A model generated the notes under the pieces. The model saw nothing but the letters and a program-made list of their open reading frames with translations, was not told where the DNA came from and did not search any database. The translations under genes were made by a program, and so were the position numbers. 64,000 nt of DNA, taken from a bacterium. GTDB lineage: Bacteria; Patescibacteriota; Microgenomatia; Daviesbacterales; UBA10151. Positions 39,429 through 52,069 of this stretch are shown in pieces (within the stretch, counting starts at the first letter, position 1; each line of letters begins with the position of its first letter). The stretch lies in contig JAJYNN010000002.1 of assembly GCA_021786315.1 (NCBI GenBank), positions 398,997-462,996 on the forward strand. Direction: 5' to 3'.

Positions 39429-40306
39429 TGCCGAGCACCAGAGATCTAAGACGACGGATTAAATCCATTAAAAACACCAGCCAGATTACCAAGGCTATGC
39501 AGATGGTTTCGGCTACCAAGATGAGAAAGGCTCAAAACCAAGCCTTACAAGCTCGTCCCTATACTCAAACCTTATTGACAGTCCTAGCTCAAGCTCAGGG
39601 GAAAATTAATATTGAAGCTCATCCCCTGCTTTCCGGCAGTACCGGTACAAAGAGAGGGGTTCTCTTCTTCTCGACGGATAAGGGGCTTTGTGGGGCCTTA
39701 AACACGAACTTGATGAGAATTATGAATTCTGAATTACGAATTATGAATAAACAAACAATTGTTTATACTGTTGGGAAAAAAGGCAGGGATTTTGTTGTAA
39801 GAACTGGAAATGATCTAGCCGCTGATTTCGAAAACCAGGAGAAAGTTGAATTTAGACAGGCTAGTTCGTTAAGGAAGATGGTTATTGATGCCTATCTTAA
39901 GGGAGAGGTTGGTGAGGTCTATCTTCTCTACCCTCATTTTCTCTCAACACTCCGACAGGAACCCCGAATGGTGAAGATTTTGCCTATTGATCAGGGTTTA
40001 TTTAACGAATTTGTCACCCAAAATACCCAGGAACAAGGAGTTTCTTCCAGTGAATTTTTATTTGAACCCAATATGGATCAAATCCTGGATTTTGCCTTAA
40101 CTCACTTTATTGAAACCCAAATTTATCAGGCACTTTTGGAAACCAAAGCCTCAGAACATTCTGCAAGAATGATTGCCATGCAGAATGCGACAGACAATGC
40201 CAAGGATCTGGTCTCGGATCTTACTTTGGCATATAATCAAATCCGCCAAAATGCCATTACAACTGAACTTTTGGAAATTACATCAGCGGGAGCTGCCTTG
40301 GAGTAG
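39428..40306 (+). CDS. atpG: F-type ATP synthase gamma subunit
   Basis: 292 aa. IKSIKNTSQITKAMQMVSATKMRKAQ N-terminal helix. Contains an unusual MRIMNSELRIMNK insert encoded by GAATT-rich repeats. Confidence 0.85.
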   Translation: MPSTRDLRRRIKSIKNTSQITKAMQMVSATKMRKAQNQALQARPYTQTLLTVLAQAQGKINIEAHPLLSGSTGTKRGVLFFSTDKGLCGALNTNLMRIMNSELRIMNKQTIVYTVGKKGRDFVVRTGNDLAADFENQEKVEFRQASSLRKMVIDAYLKGEVGEVYLLYPHFLSTLRQEPRMVKILPIDQGLFNEFVTQNTQEQGVSSSEFLFEPNMDQILDFALTHFIETQIYQALLETKASEHSARMIAMQNATDNAKDLVSDLTLAYNQIRQNAITTELLEITSAGAALE

Positions 40307-40312
40307 AAAGTT

Positions 40313-42724
<2,412 letters not shown>

Positions 42725-42815
42725 AGGCAGATAATAACATATTCCGACCAATAAAAATATTATAGGTTAAAACCTAAGCCTTCTACATGAAAGGCACCAT
42801 CAACGAAGTTACTAC

Positions 42816-43358
42816 TTAATCAAAAAGTTTAACCAGAAAAGGAAATTCTTTGTAGGGCTGGTTATAAGTATCTGAACCCATATGTCCCTCTCCTTTTTGA
42901 ATAATTAAAGTACCTTTACCTAAATTATCTAATATGTTTCTACCCTGTTTATCGTCACATCCCCAGGGGTCATTGTCAGAATTAATAAGGATAATATCCT
43001 CTACATTTTCGCCAATTTTTTTCCAGTCATACTTATCTTGAAGTATTGATGTAGAGCCATCCGGTAAGGGAGTGGAAAACCCAGCTACTAAAATTGCTTG
43101 CTTAATCTTAACGTTAAGTTGTTCTAAAACACTTAAGATTAAAGGGCAACCTGCTGAGTGCCCAACGAGCAAGGTCTCTTCATTGTAAGCTTCTTTAAAT
43201 GCTGCCGGCAACCAGCTGGCCAAATCTGGATTGTCAGTATTGGGCAATTGAGGTATGGAAATAATATATCCTTTTTTCTCGAGTTCTAATTTTATGTAAG
43301 GAAACCAAAAAGATTCTGGTGTTTCTCCTGAACCATGCAATATTACTGCATTTTTCAT
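42816..43358 (-). CDS. Alpha/beta serine hydrolase of the RBBP9/YdeN family
   Basis: 180 aa. VGHSAG nucleophile elbow, NSDNDPW (Asp), and GEGHMG (His). Size and motif order as in YdeN-type esterases. Confidence 0.6.
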   Translation of the reverse strand: MKNAVILHGSGETPESFWFPYIKLELEKKGYIISIPQLPNTDNPDLASWLPAAFKEAYNEETLLVGHSAGCPLILSVLEQLNVKIKQAILVAGFSTPLPDGSTSILQDKYDWKKIGENVEDIILINSDNDPWGCDDKQGRNILDNLGKGTLIIQKGEGHMGSDTYNQPYKEFPFLVKLFD

Positions 43359-43484
43359 CTTGGGGATAATATATCATAAAAGGAAAAATAACTTAAAGTA
43401 GATAAACTCTTTGTTATAATCCAGATATGAATTTGTGTTTTGTGTATATTACTAATCCTAATTTAGAAGAGGCTAAGAAGGTGG

Positions 43485-43802
43485 CTAAGGATTTGGTGTA
43501 GGTAAAAGTGGCATGCCGACGTGTTTTCTGATTTGGTTGTGTTCTTCTAAATGCCGACGCTCCTTATTTCCTAAATCATCCCTTAAGGCACCCATTTCAT
43601 CCTGAAGCTGCTTTACATCCACTAATAAAGCATCCTGCTTTGTTTCCAGTCGATCTACTTTTTCTTCCAGCCGATCTAATTGTTTATAGACGGGCTCTAC
43701 GAGCCTCGTCATCTCCTCGCTAATTTGTTTAATATCATCACCAGTCATAAAGTTATAGTAAGTCTGTGGGAATAAAAACACAAGATTCCTCATGTATATC
43801 AA
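43485..43802 (-). CDS. Hypothetical coiled-coil protein
   Basis: 105-aa ORF with TTG start; an internal ATG gives MTGDDIKQISEEMTRLVEPVYKQLDRLEEKVDRLETKQ (heptad-like). Confidence 0.3.
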   Translation of the reverse strand: MIYMRNLVFLFPQTYYNFMTGDDIKQISEEMTRLVEPVYKQLDRLEEKVDRLETKQDALLVDVKQLQDEMGALRDDLGNKERRHLEEHNQIRKHVGMPLLPTPNP

Positions 43803-43911
43803 AATATCAAATCCCTACTCACTCTTTGTTGGTACACACTATTTTCTGAAAAGGCCAGATAAGTTCTCTTTCCTTTGACTTAACTCCCCAATAACCCTAT
43901 AATCTTTACCC

Positions 43912-44805
43912 ATGTCAGTTGATATAAAACCAGAATGGCTGCCTGATTTACAGGAATATAGAGCCGAACCCCGTTTGGATTCTGTGGCAAGAAGTTTTAC
44001 TTCAGCCAATCGGGGTATGTTTGTTGTCCATGCCCTAAGAGAGGAAATTTTTCCTCAACATCCCCGAAGAGTTCGATTGTTGGATGTGGGTGTTGGAAAA
44101 CAAGGATATTATTTCTATTGTTCATATGAGCCATACATGATAGCTGCAGCTTTGGAAGGAGCAGGTATCAACTATCAAATGGATATAGTTGATACTGACA
44201 GCGCAGTTATTGCTGACTTAAAAAAGCGGAGAAAAATATTTTTCCCGGCGCAGTATTTGGGGGACCTTGATCACCGGGATGCTTGGCTAAGTTATTTAGC
44301 TGCGACTAAACAAAAAGCCAGGAGCCGGGATAAATCAGACAGTGTGGAGCCTACTTCCCTTACATCCCCTGAGGATTTAAGAGCTCAGTGGGACATTATG
44401 GCAAATTTATTAGTAGCCAGAGTTCCCAATTCATTTGTGAGTAAGTTACAAGATGGCGGTATAAAACCAATTCAGGGTGATATTGCTACTGCCAGAATAG
44501 GCCAAAGAGGAAGATATAACTTAATAGCTTGTGTAAACGTATTGTATTTACTGAGTGAGTCAGGCCAAAAATTAGCCTTCTATAATATGGCCAACAGTCT
44601 GGAAAAAGACGGTTTGTTGATTATGAATGACTTAAGGAGAGGGCGAATGCCTTCAGAAACGGGGAAAGTTTTTACAACTAGCCCGATATTGGATTTTTAT
44701 GGCGGCTGGTTAACTGAAGAAAAGATGAAAGATCTGGGACTTGTTCCTTACAAGCAACTTGAATCTACCGGAGGCAACGTTACCTTCTCTTTCAAAAAAA
44801 TTTGA
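43912..44805 (+). CDS. Hypothetical protein with a possible class I SAM-methyltransferase-like fold
   Basis: 297 aa. LLDVGVGKQG (motif I-like) and MDIVDTD (acidic end of beta2). Weak support. Confidence 0.35.
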   Translation: MSVDIKPEWLPDLQEYRAEPRLDSVARSFTSANRGMFVVHALREEIFPQHPRRVRLLDVGVGKQGYYFYCSYEPYMIAAALEGAGINYQMDIVDTDSAVIADLKKRRKIFFPAQYLGDLDHRDAWLSYLAATKQKARSRDKSDSVEPTSLTSPEDLRAQWDIMANLLVARVPNSFVSKLQDGGIKPIQGDIATARIGQRGRYNLIACVNVLYLLSESGQKLAFYNMANSLEKDGLLIMNDLRRGRMPSETGKVFTTSPILDFYGGWLTEEKMKDLGLVPYKQLESTGGNVTFSFKKI

Positions 44806-44851
44806 TGGGATTTTGGGCAATTAAAGTAGATGACAAGATAAGCACAAGAAG

Positions 44852-45742
44852 TTGACATTATGGTTCTGGATGGGTACTATAAATTTAATGTCCAATTACT
44901 CCCCTTCTTCCAAAGAAACAGGTTTTGCCCATGTTCTAGTGTTGCTTGTTGCCCTAGCGGCTGCCAGTTTAATTGCTTCCTCTACAATTCAGACAACAAA
45001 TACCGTCCAGACCACAAAAGTTTTAGGAGAAGATACCCAGGCGGATGAACAAACACAAGAGGCTGCCAAACATGCCGCCGAGCAGCAGCAGGAAGCATTA
45101 AAGACCCAATCCGAAGGCCAAAAACAGGAGACGGAAGTGGAAACCGCAAATGGGCAAAAGATTAAAACCAAGGTGGAAGATAACGGTGCCGTAAAAGTTG
45201 AGATTGAGCAGGGTAAATCAAAGTTTAAATATCAATCCGAGAACGGAAAAGTGCAGCTGGAAGCCGAGGATGAGGCTAAAGTCGAAAATGAACTGGAACA
45301 GGAAGGCATTAAAGTATCCAGTTCCAGCGGGAATCTGGTGATCGCTAAAAATAAGTTTGCCGCCAAAATCAACTTCCCCCTTTCCGTTGATCCGAATACC
45401 AAACAGCTGATAGTAACCACTCCGGCCGGTCAAAAGGCTGTCACAATCCTTCCCGACCAGGCAGTACAGAATCTTTTGACCCGTAGTATCCTCAGCGAGA
45501 TCGGAAATCAGGAGGTGAGCGCTGATTTAACTAATAAACTAGGCAGCCTGGATGGTGTTGTTCAACTGGAAAGTAAAGATAATGAAGTTGTTTACAAAGT
45601 CGATGGTTTGAAAACACGCAAACTGTTAGGATTAATTCCGGTTACTGTACCGGCTACCGCTTATGTTTCTGCCCAAACCGGCAGCGTTACCTCTTTAAAC
45701 CAGTCAGTTCTTGCTAACTTACTGGATTTACTATCCCGTTAA
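44852..45742 (+). CDS. Hypothetical secreted/membrane-anchored protein
   Basis: 296 aa. N-terminal hydrophobic anchor, then a Q/E/K-rich coiled region and a beta-rich C-terminus. No motif. Confidence 0.4.
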   Translation: MTLWFWMGTINLMSNYSPSSKETGFAHVLVLLVALAAASLIASSTIQTTNTVQTTKVLGEDTQADEQTQEAAKHAAEQQQEALKTQSEGQKQETEVETANGQKIKTKVEDNGAVKVEIEQGKSKFKYQSENGKVQLEAEDEAKVENELEQEGIKVSSSSGNLVIAKNKFAAKINFPLSVDPNTKQLIVTTPAGQKAVTILPDQAVQNLLTRSILSEIGNQEVSADLTNKLGSLDGVVQLESKDNEVVYKVDGLKTRKLLGLIPVTVPATAYVSAQTGSVTSLNQSVLANLLDLLSR

Positions 45743-45764
45743 CTTTCGATTTTAACCCACTCCC

Positions 45765-45794
45765 TTGACAAGTCCTATAGTTATATGATATTTT
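45765..45794 (+). promoter_or_regulatory. Candidate promoter (TTGACA, 18-nt spacer, extended -10 TGaTATTTT) ahead of a ~230-nt leader of the ABC exporter gene
   Basis: TTGACA at ~45765 and TGATATTTT at ~45786-45794. The leader contains hairpins (CCGCCAATTTCTGGCGG) and a strong RBS AAAGGAGG 8 nt before the GTG start. Confidence 0.25.
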
Positions 45795-46028
45795 GGAGGC
45801 CGCCCGAAATTTTGGGCAAAAAAAGACAATAATGCAAAACATGAAAGTCTGGTCTAACAACTTAATACTTCAACTTCCGCCAATTTCTGGCGGACGTTGT
45901 GCTGACGCAGTTTTGGCTGCGGTTCTTGCGCGTACAAAAGTACCTCTTTAACTCCTTTTGTGTGCAGTTGCCGTAAGCCAAATGCTTGCGGAAATGCACA
46001 TTAACAAAATAAAAGGAGGCAATTCCAA

Positions 46029-47807
46029 GTGTTGTCATCACTCAGGCGTCGGTTCCAAGTACCAAGTCTTCTGGGCAGGTATTGGCGAATCCTCAAGCCA
46101 TTTCGGGGAGTTTATACAAAGTGTATCTTACTTCTTTTGGCTTACGAAGGTATCCAAATCCTAGGGTCTTACCAGATGAGCATGATGATCAGGCTCTTTG
46201 GAGATAAGGCCAACTACTGGTGGTGGGTGCTCTTTTTTGTCGGGTTGGTAATCTACGATGAAACGTTCATCCGGTTAGACAACCTGCTGGATTGGCACAT
46301 CATCATCAGGCAGAACTATCCCCTATACCGTTATTTGAAGCTGGGGGCCATCAAAAAGTTCCTGCAAATGGACATTGATTGGCACCAGAAACACAATAGC
46401 GGAGCCTTGGTGGGCAAGGTTGCCCAGGGCGTGGAAAAGGTTGAGGACATTATGGGTATGATCTGGATAGAGTTTATACCAACAACTATCCAGGCTGTCT
46501 TTTCCCTAATTCCTCTTCTCTTTATCTCACCGCTCGCAGTGGCGATCTCGGCACTTTCTTTCCTGTTGTTTGTCAGGTTCAGCCTAAAAAACAACAAAGA
46601 AAGAAGACCGTCCAAGGAAAGGCGGTTTGACCTTTACGAGACGGAATGGCATCGCTCGATTGAGATCGTCCAGTCGGTGGAAACCAACTATATGTTTGGC
46701 CAGACTGACAGGTTGATCAATGAGCAGGCAGATCTTCACCAGGAAATCATGGATATAGGCAGGAAGGAGGCACATCGCGGGATATACCACTACAACAGGC
46801 TTGAGCTACGGATTATCCGTTTTGCCCGGGTGGCAATCCTGGGAATCTGGGGGTACCAACTAATCAATGGAGGTATGGATATTCCTACTCTCATCTTTGT
46901 CTACACGCTAACCGAAAGGCTCTTTTCTAGTTTTTGGAGGTTCTCCAGACTCATTGAAAAGACATCGGAATCAGCAGAAGGGGCAAACAGATTGGCCAAT
47001 CTCCTCGAAGAGGAAACAGGCCATGAAGCGGAAGGTGAGGTTACCACGCCCAAAACTCAACCCGTGGGGGTCGAGTTGAAAGGGGTCCGTTTCACTTACA
47101 AAAAGGAATACGACGAGGAGCAAGACGGATTACATGATGTAACTCTGGATATTCCTGCAGGAAGCGTAGTGGCACTGGTTGGCCCATCAGGTGCCGGGAA
47201 GACGACAATTCGGAAAATTGTCACCGGTCTGATGGAAATCCAAGGAGGAGATATTCGTGTTGGAGGTGTAAGTGTTAAGGACTGGGACCCGGAGAAGCTG
47301 TTGGAGCAATTCTCATATGTTCCTCAAGGGGACGACGTGTTCTTATTCAACGGAACCGTCAGGGACAATATTGCCTTTGCTAGGCCCAAAGCTTCTATGG
47401 AGGAAGTTGAAAGGGCGGCGGTATTGGCAGGTATCCATGACTTTATTATGTCCATGGCAGAAGGTTACGAGACCGTCGTTGGTGAACGCGGAAAAAGGCT
47501 ATCAGGAGGACAAAAGCAAAGAGTAGCACTGGCACGGGCAATCCTAGCTGATCGGCCAGTCCTTATCTTGGACGAAGCCACAAGTGCAGTGGATGCTATT
47601 ACTGAGGAGGAAATCCAACAAAAAATGGCGGAAATTCTCCATGGAAAAACCTCCATCATTATTGCCCATAGACTTTCCACTGTTTGGGACATTGCGAATA
47701 AAATCGTTGTTCTGGAACGTGGTCGAAAAGTCGAAGAGGGCACGCATGCCGAATTGATGGCGTTAAATGGTCTCTACAGCAAAATGGCGCTGTTGCAGAC
47801 CAAATAG
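46029..47807 (+). CDS. ABC exporter, fused permease and ATP-binding protein
   Basis: 592 aa. GTG start after AAAGGAGG. Walker A GPSGAGKTT, signature LSGGQKQRVALARA, Walker B LILDEATSAVD. The stop codon is supplied by the first bases of a repeat copy. Confidence 0.85.
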   Translation: MLSSLRRRFQVPSLLGRYWRILKPFRGVYTKCILLLLAYEGIQILGSYQMSMMIRLFGDKANYWWWVLFFVGLVIYDETFIRLDNLLDWHIIIRQNYPLYRYLKLGAIKKFLQMDIDWHQKHNSGALVGKVAQGVEKVEDIMGMIWIEFIPTTIQAVFSLIPLLFISPLAVAISALSFLLFVRFSLKNNKERRPSKERRFDLYETEWHRSIEIVQSVETNYMFGQTDRLINEQADLHQEIMDIGRKEAHRGIYHYNRLELRIIRFARVAILGIWGYQLINGGMDIPTLIFVYTLTERLFSSFWRFSRLIEKTSESAEGANRLANLLEEETGHEAEGEVTTPKTQPVGVELKGVRFTYKKEYDEEQDGLHDVTLDIPAGSVVALVGPSGAGKTTIRKIVTGLMEIQGGDIRVGGVSVKDWDPEKLLEQFSYVPQGDDVFLFNGTVRDNIAFARPKASMEEVERAAVLAGIHDFIMSMAEGYETVVGERGKRLSGGQKQRVALARAILADRPVLILDEATSAVDAITEEEIQQKMAEILHGKTSIIIAHRLSTVWDIANKIVVLERGRKVEEGTHAELMALNGLYSKMALLQTK

Positions 47808-47872
47808 GGCTACCTTCGGCTTCGCCGAACGATCCTGTAATTTCTCTCCGCCAAAAGCGGATCGAAATTATG
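47805..47872. repeat. Two-hairpin repeat, full copy C; its first bases form the stop codon of the ABC exporter
   Basis: ATAGGGCTACCTT-CGGCTTCGCCG-AACGATCCTGTAATTTCTC-TCCGCCAAAAGCGGA-TCGAAATTATG. Confidence 0.75.
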
Positions 47873-47990
47873 ACGCATCTTTTAGGCAAGTAAAGCACCA
47901 GGTTGTTCGAGTAATCGAACGTAAGTCCTGGTGCTTTTTGCCATCTTGACTTTGGGTTTTTTACGGGTGTATAAATAGAACACATCTAGT

Positions 47991-48503
47991 ATGAAAGAAT
48001 CCTGGTTAAAAGAACTGGCTGATTTTATAGTTGAGGCCAATAAAAACACCTGGGCTGCCGATAAAGGTAAAGTAGAGCCTTTTTTTCCGGGTGATAAGGA
48101 GCTGGAATATAAAAGGGGTCTTTGGCATCTTCGGGATAAATTTAGCGGACATTTTCGGGCACCAGGTGAGACTGTGATTCGTTACAAAAATTTTCCAGTT
48201 TGGCAGATAAGTTATGGCGGTCATGGTATGCTTGAAGATTACTACCCTATCGCTAAACCAACGTTTCAGTTTTTACGGGCGGCTTTAATGCAGGTTAAAC
48301 CTAAACTTCCTTTTCGTGGACCTACTACGTATCAGGAGGACGAGTGGAATTATACTTTTGTAGTTAATGGAGATATGGAAGATTGTACTTGGGTAGAGAG
48401 AATAACCAAAGGCGGAGAGTTAGTTTTTACCCAAAATGGCTTTGCCGGAATTGTCATTGGCAAAACTGCGGATAAAAAACCTGTTTACCCTTGGGATTTA
48501 TAG
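47991..48503 (+). CDS. Hypothetical protein (DUF-type)
   Basis: 170 aa, no recognisable catalytic motif. W/Y/F-rich. Confidence 0.45.
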   Translation: MKESWLKELADFIVEANKNTWAADKGKVEPFFPGDKELEYKRGLWHLRDKFSGHFRAPGETVIRYKNFPVWQISYGGHGMLEDYYPIAKPTFQFLRAALMQVKPKLPFRGPTTYQEDEWNYTFVVNGDMEDCTWVERITKGGELVFTQNGFAGIVIGKTADKKPVYPWDL

Positions 48504-48506
48504 TTT

Positions 48507-48953
48507 ATGAAAGATAAGATTATTAAAGATTTACTTGAGGCAAAAGAACATCTACTGGCATCAATTAATTTAATGCCTGATGGAACAGCGGTAGATAAGT
48601 GGTCCAAGAAAGAGATTCTAGCTCATATTGCTGGGTGGTATGAAGAAGGGGTTGACGGCACTTCAAAGATCCTAAAAGGTGAAAAACCAAACTCTTTTAG
48701 ATACTCAGTGGACGGATACAATAAAAGAAGTGTCGAAAAAAGGAAGGATAAGAATATTGTAGAGATTCTTCAGGAAATGGAAGACCTTCACCGGCAATTT
48801 GTGGATCAAGTTAAGAATTTGTCGGAGGAACAGATAACCGGATATTTTGGGACCAAACTAGGAGGAGAGCCAATTAATGTTTTGTGGATGATTAATGAAT
48901 GTATCTCCCATGACCATGCTCATGCAGAAGAGTTAGAACAAAAATATAGATAA
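48507..48953 (+). CDS. ClbS/DfsB-like (DUF1706) four-helix-bundle protein
   Basis: 148 aa. WSKKEILAHIAGWYEEG resembles the conserved N-terminal W...HL..W pattern of the ClbS/DfsB family. Low-moderate support. Confidence 0.35.
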   Translation: MKDKIIKDLLEAKEHLLASINLMPDGTAVDKWSKKEILAHIAGWYEEGVDGTSKILKGEKPNSFRYSVDGYNKRSVEKRKDKNIVEILQEMEDLHRQFVDQVKNLSEEQITGYFGTKLGGEPINVLWMINECISHDHAHAEELEQKYR

Positions 48954-48954
48954 A

Positions 48955-49338
48955 ATGGATTATACAGGCGTAATCATCGAAGAGAGTTTAAAGGATGCTT
49001 CTATCCTTAAAAAGGTCAAAGTTTTGGATACTAGAATAGAGCCAGTGACAGAAGCTGACAAAACTCCGTGGCTTAAGATATGGACTTTGCATACTGTCGA
49101 AATTCCAGAAGATCAGGCTGAAAGCTATGCTGAGGAAGTAAGGCAAGCTTTGAAAATAGATCATACTGCCTGGTATGCAGATTTTAAAAATGATACCACC
49201 CATTATATTATTTTTCCCCAAAAGATCTTCAAGATTGATCGGACCAGGGCAGAAGAATATCAAGAGGCTTCAGACTATGGAATCTCTCTAGGAATTCCTT
49301 ACTATCAGGTAGATTTTTCCCAGAGCATTATCAAATAA
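48955..49338 (+). CDS. Hypothetical protein
   Basis: 127 aa. Forms a tight gene string with its neighbours (2-4 nt spacing). Confidence 0.4.
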   Translation: MDYTGVIIEESLKDASILKKVKVLDTRIEPVTEADKTPWLKIWTLHTVEIPEDQAESYAEEVRQALKIDHTAWYADFKNDTTHYIIFPQKIFKIDRTRAEEYQEASDYGISLGIPYYQVDFSQSIIK

Positions 49339-49342
49339 TTTC

Positions 49343-49699
49343 ATGATTTATGAGATGAGGTTACATCCGGCGCCGTTTGATCTTATCAAAGCCGGGAAAC
49401 AAAAGATTGAAACCAGGCTTTTTGATGAAAAAAGACGTGATCTTCAGGTGGGTGACCAGGTGATTTTCCTTAAAAGACCGGATGGCAAGGAAAGGATGAC
49501 CGTGGAAGTAACCGGCTTATCCCTTTTTAAAACTTTTGAGGAATTATTCCGTTCCATCAATAAAACTGAATTTGGATACAAACCTACCGATACCCTGGAA
49601 TACCAAATCCTTTGTATGAGGCAATACTACACCGAAGAGGACGAACAAAAGTACGGAGTAATTGGGATTCACGTTAAGCCCTTAAGTGTTTATATGTGA
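49343..49699 (+). CDS. ASCH-domain (PUA-like) protein
   Basis: 118 aa. FDLIKAGKQKIETRL...GDQVIF is the typical ASCH N-terminal pattern. Confidence 0.5.
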   Translation: MIYEMRLHPAPFDLIKAGKQKIETRLFDEKRRDLQVGDQVIFLKRPDGKERMTVEVTGLSLFKTFEELFRSINKTEFGYKPTDTLEYQILCMRQYYTEEDEQKYGVIGIHVKPLSVYM

Positions 49700-49718
49700 A
49701 TTAAGGTAAGGTAGGAAA

Positions 49719-49758
49719 GGTAACGGATTTTACCGTTTTTATTGGCAAATTTGCCAAT
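49719..49758. terminator. Candidate bidirectional terminator between convergent genes (AACGG-ATTTTA-CCGTT + T-run; perfect 16-bp palindrome TTGGCAAATTTGCCAA)
   Basis: Read directly from the sequence, in the 134-bp gap between the ASCH gene (+) and the minus-strand membrane-protein gene. Confidence 0.3.
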
Positions 49759-49833
49759 CCTACCACCTGTACCTAAGTGCTAAACTTTATGAGAAAAACG
49801 GAACTTAGATTTTTTGGTTGTCAGCCCGAAGAC

Positions 49834-50319
49834 CTAAGCGTATTCGAACCATTTCCATCCAAAGACGATGGTAACCAATAGAACTACCACCGAGGTCCAG
49901 GTTAATGGGTTTCGAATAAGGGTAAAGTACCAGGCATCGATGCTGATTTCCCGCAAAGTGCCACGCAGATCATCAAGACCAGTTTGGTACTCCACTGAGT
50001 TTTTGTGCAACTGGGCAATTTGTTTAGCCCGGTTACTCAAATCTTGCAGTGCCTCATAATCCAAAGCCACGTCGTTAACGGGGTTTCTGAAAATGAGAGC
50101 TGCATTACCTCTGGTAACGCCTCTTTTCTGCATATTGGCTAACGTTTCATCGATACGATCAGCCATCTTGCTGGCGTCTGCCGCCACCTGGGCTCGGTAC
50201 TCGACAGCATCGATTTCGCTATACGAAGTATAGGAATCGATACCGGCAATGATGAGCATTACAAGGAACACTACTGCCGCAATGATGGTTCGTACTCCCC
50301 ACTTCTCCGAGTCGTACAT
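49834..50319 (-). CDS. Hypothetical membrane protein, last gene of the Hyf/Ehr-like operon strand
   Basis: Start moved to the ATG preceded by AAAGGAGAG (track ORF extends to 50448). Two TM segments flank a soluble domain. Confidence 0.45.
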   Translation of the reverse strand: MYDSEKWGVRTIIAAVVFLVMLIIAGIDSYTSYSEIDAVEYRAQVAADASKMADRIDETLANMQKRGVTRGNAALIFRNPVNDVALDYEALQDLSNRAKQIAQLHKNSVEYQTGLDDLRGTLREISIDAWYFTLIRNPLTWTSVVVLLVTIVFGWKWFEYA

Positions 50320-50511
50320 GTCATTCTCTCCTTTGTTAGGTAAAAAATTTGCCGGGATTCGGGGTAAGCTTGATTGCCTGCTAATAGGAGCTCCTTTCTC
50401 TTTATTGTTCAGCTTAAGGTGCGAAAAATAGCGAAAATAGAATTTCAACCTCAGTCGGCTGGTCCATCTTCACTATAGGGTATAATATCACTTTGGTGAG
50501 GGGGAATCAAA

Positions 50512-52065
50512 TTAAAGGTCGTTACCGGTGTAGGATAAATTAAAGCTTTTGTTAATCAACGGGAAATCCGGAACCATGTTCCCCTGGCCTGCGTGTCCCA
50601 AGACTGTCCAGTTAATAAATGACGGATCACGGACATCAACCCGGGTGATTTGACCTTTGCTGTCAGTGGCCACAAGATAGACAATATCACCTCTCCAGCC
50701 CTCTACAACCCCGATAGAATAGGAGTTTTTCTCCAAGTTGATATCTTTTCCATCCCTCCCTTTTTCTTCCTTGGGAAGATCCCAGAGGGCTTGTTTTAAG
50801 ATCTCGATGGAATTTAAAAGCTCCTGCACCCGCACCCTGAACCTGGCGTAAACATCGCCGGAATTTTCTTTTGCCACTTCAACTTTAATCTTGTCATAAG
50901 CTGCATAAGGATAATCCACCCGGGCATCCATCTCAAAGCCCACTGCCCTGCCGGCCACCCCTAAAGCTCCGTGGTCCCGGGCAATCCTTTCGTTCAATAC
51001 CCCGGTTTTTTTCAACCTGGTAAGCAAGGACCCCGTACCCATGGCAATCTTAATTACTTCCGAAAAATCTGCCTTTAATTTTTCCAGGTCTTCCGCCAAT
51101 TTCTTGGCCTGGTCGGAAGTCAAATCAGCATTTACTCCTCCGATCTTAATCACTCCCCGGAGGAATCTGCTTCCGGTTAACTTTTCATTGATCTGCATGA
51201 CTATTTCCCTTAAACGTCCGCCCTGGGCGCCGCCAAAGTTAAACCCGGTATCGGTCATGATTGCTCCGATGTCCCCCAAGTGGTTGGCGACCCTTTCCAG
51301 CTCGGCAAAGATGACCCTTAAGTATTCTTCCCTCTCGGAAATCTCAATTTTCCCCAACTGTTCTACCGCCTGGCAGAAAGCCAAGGCGTGGGAAAAGGAG
51401 CTGTCGCCGGAGATCCTCTCAGCCAGCTTTACTTTCTCCTCCAAAGATAGAACCTCAAAAAGCTTCTCGCTCCCCTTGTGGGTATACCCCAACCTCGGTT
51501 CCAGCATCAGGATCTCCTCTCCGGCCACGCTAAACCGGAAATGCCCCGGTTCAATAATACCGGCGTGGACTGGCCCAACCGGAATTTCATAAATCCCTTC
51601 CCCGATCATCTTTCGGAATTGGAATTGGACTCCGCCTTTTTGAGGCCTTTCCTTCCAGTTAAAGCTTTTCCTTAAAGGATAAACATTGTCCGGCCAATTT
51701 TCATGAAGGATGATCGACCTTAAGCTGGGGTGGCCCTTTGGCGTTAAGCCAAAGAGGGTTTTTATTTTTCGCTCGTAATTGGAGGCTTCATGCATGATTG
51801 GTGTAACTGAAGGGAAGCTTTCTTTTACCAGAATGTAGGGCGCCAAAAATACGTGTTCTTTAGGAACGCCAAAAATGTAGATGATTTTGAATTCTTTTCC
51901 TAAATCCTGGGCAGTGATAGTTTTTAAATGTAGCTTATGGTTTACGGATAAGTCCTGGCAGACTCCCACAATGTCTTCTACCTTAACCTGAAAACAAGTC
52001 AAAGCTCCAAAGACTTCCGGTTTGTTTTTCGAAGCATGTTTTTTAATTAAATCCTGGTATTTCAT
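50512..52065 (-). CDS. NuoC-NuoD fusion / hydrogenase-4 large-subunit-like protein (HyfG/HycE-like) without [NiFe]-binding cysteines
   Basis: 517 aa. IPVGPVHAGIIEPGHFRF (NuoD/HycE motif). It has LGYTHKGSEK where hydrogenases have RxCGxCxxxH, and a DPSFIN C-terminus where they have DPCxxC. Confidence 0.8.
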   Translation of the reverse strand: MKYQDLIKKHASKNKPEVFGALTCFQVKVEDIVGVCQDLSVNHKLHLKTITAQDLGKEFKIIYIFGVPKEHVFLAPYILVKESFPSVTPIMHEASNYERKIKTLFGLTPKGHPSLRSIILHENWPDNVYPLRKSFNWKERPQKGGVQFQFRKMIGEGIYEIPVGPVHAGIIEPGHFRFSVAGEEILMLEPRLGYTHKGSEKLFEVLSLEEKVKLAERISGDSSFSHALAFCQAVEQLGKIEISEREEYLRVIFAELERVANHLGDIGAIMTDTGFNFGGAQGGRLREIVMQINEKLTGSRFLRGVIKIGGVNADLTSDQAKKLAEDLEKLKADFSEVIKIAMGTGSLLTRLKKTGVLNERIARDHGALGVAGRAVGFEMDARVDYPYAAYDKIKVEVAKENSGDVYARFRVRVQELLNSIEILKQALWDLPKEEKGRDGKDINLEKNSYSIGVVEGWRGDIVYLVATDSKGQITRVDVRDPSFINWTVLGHAGQGNMVPDFPLINKSFNLSYTGNDL

Positions 52066-52069
52066 ATTG

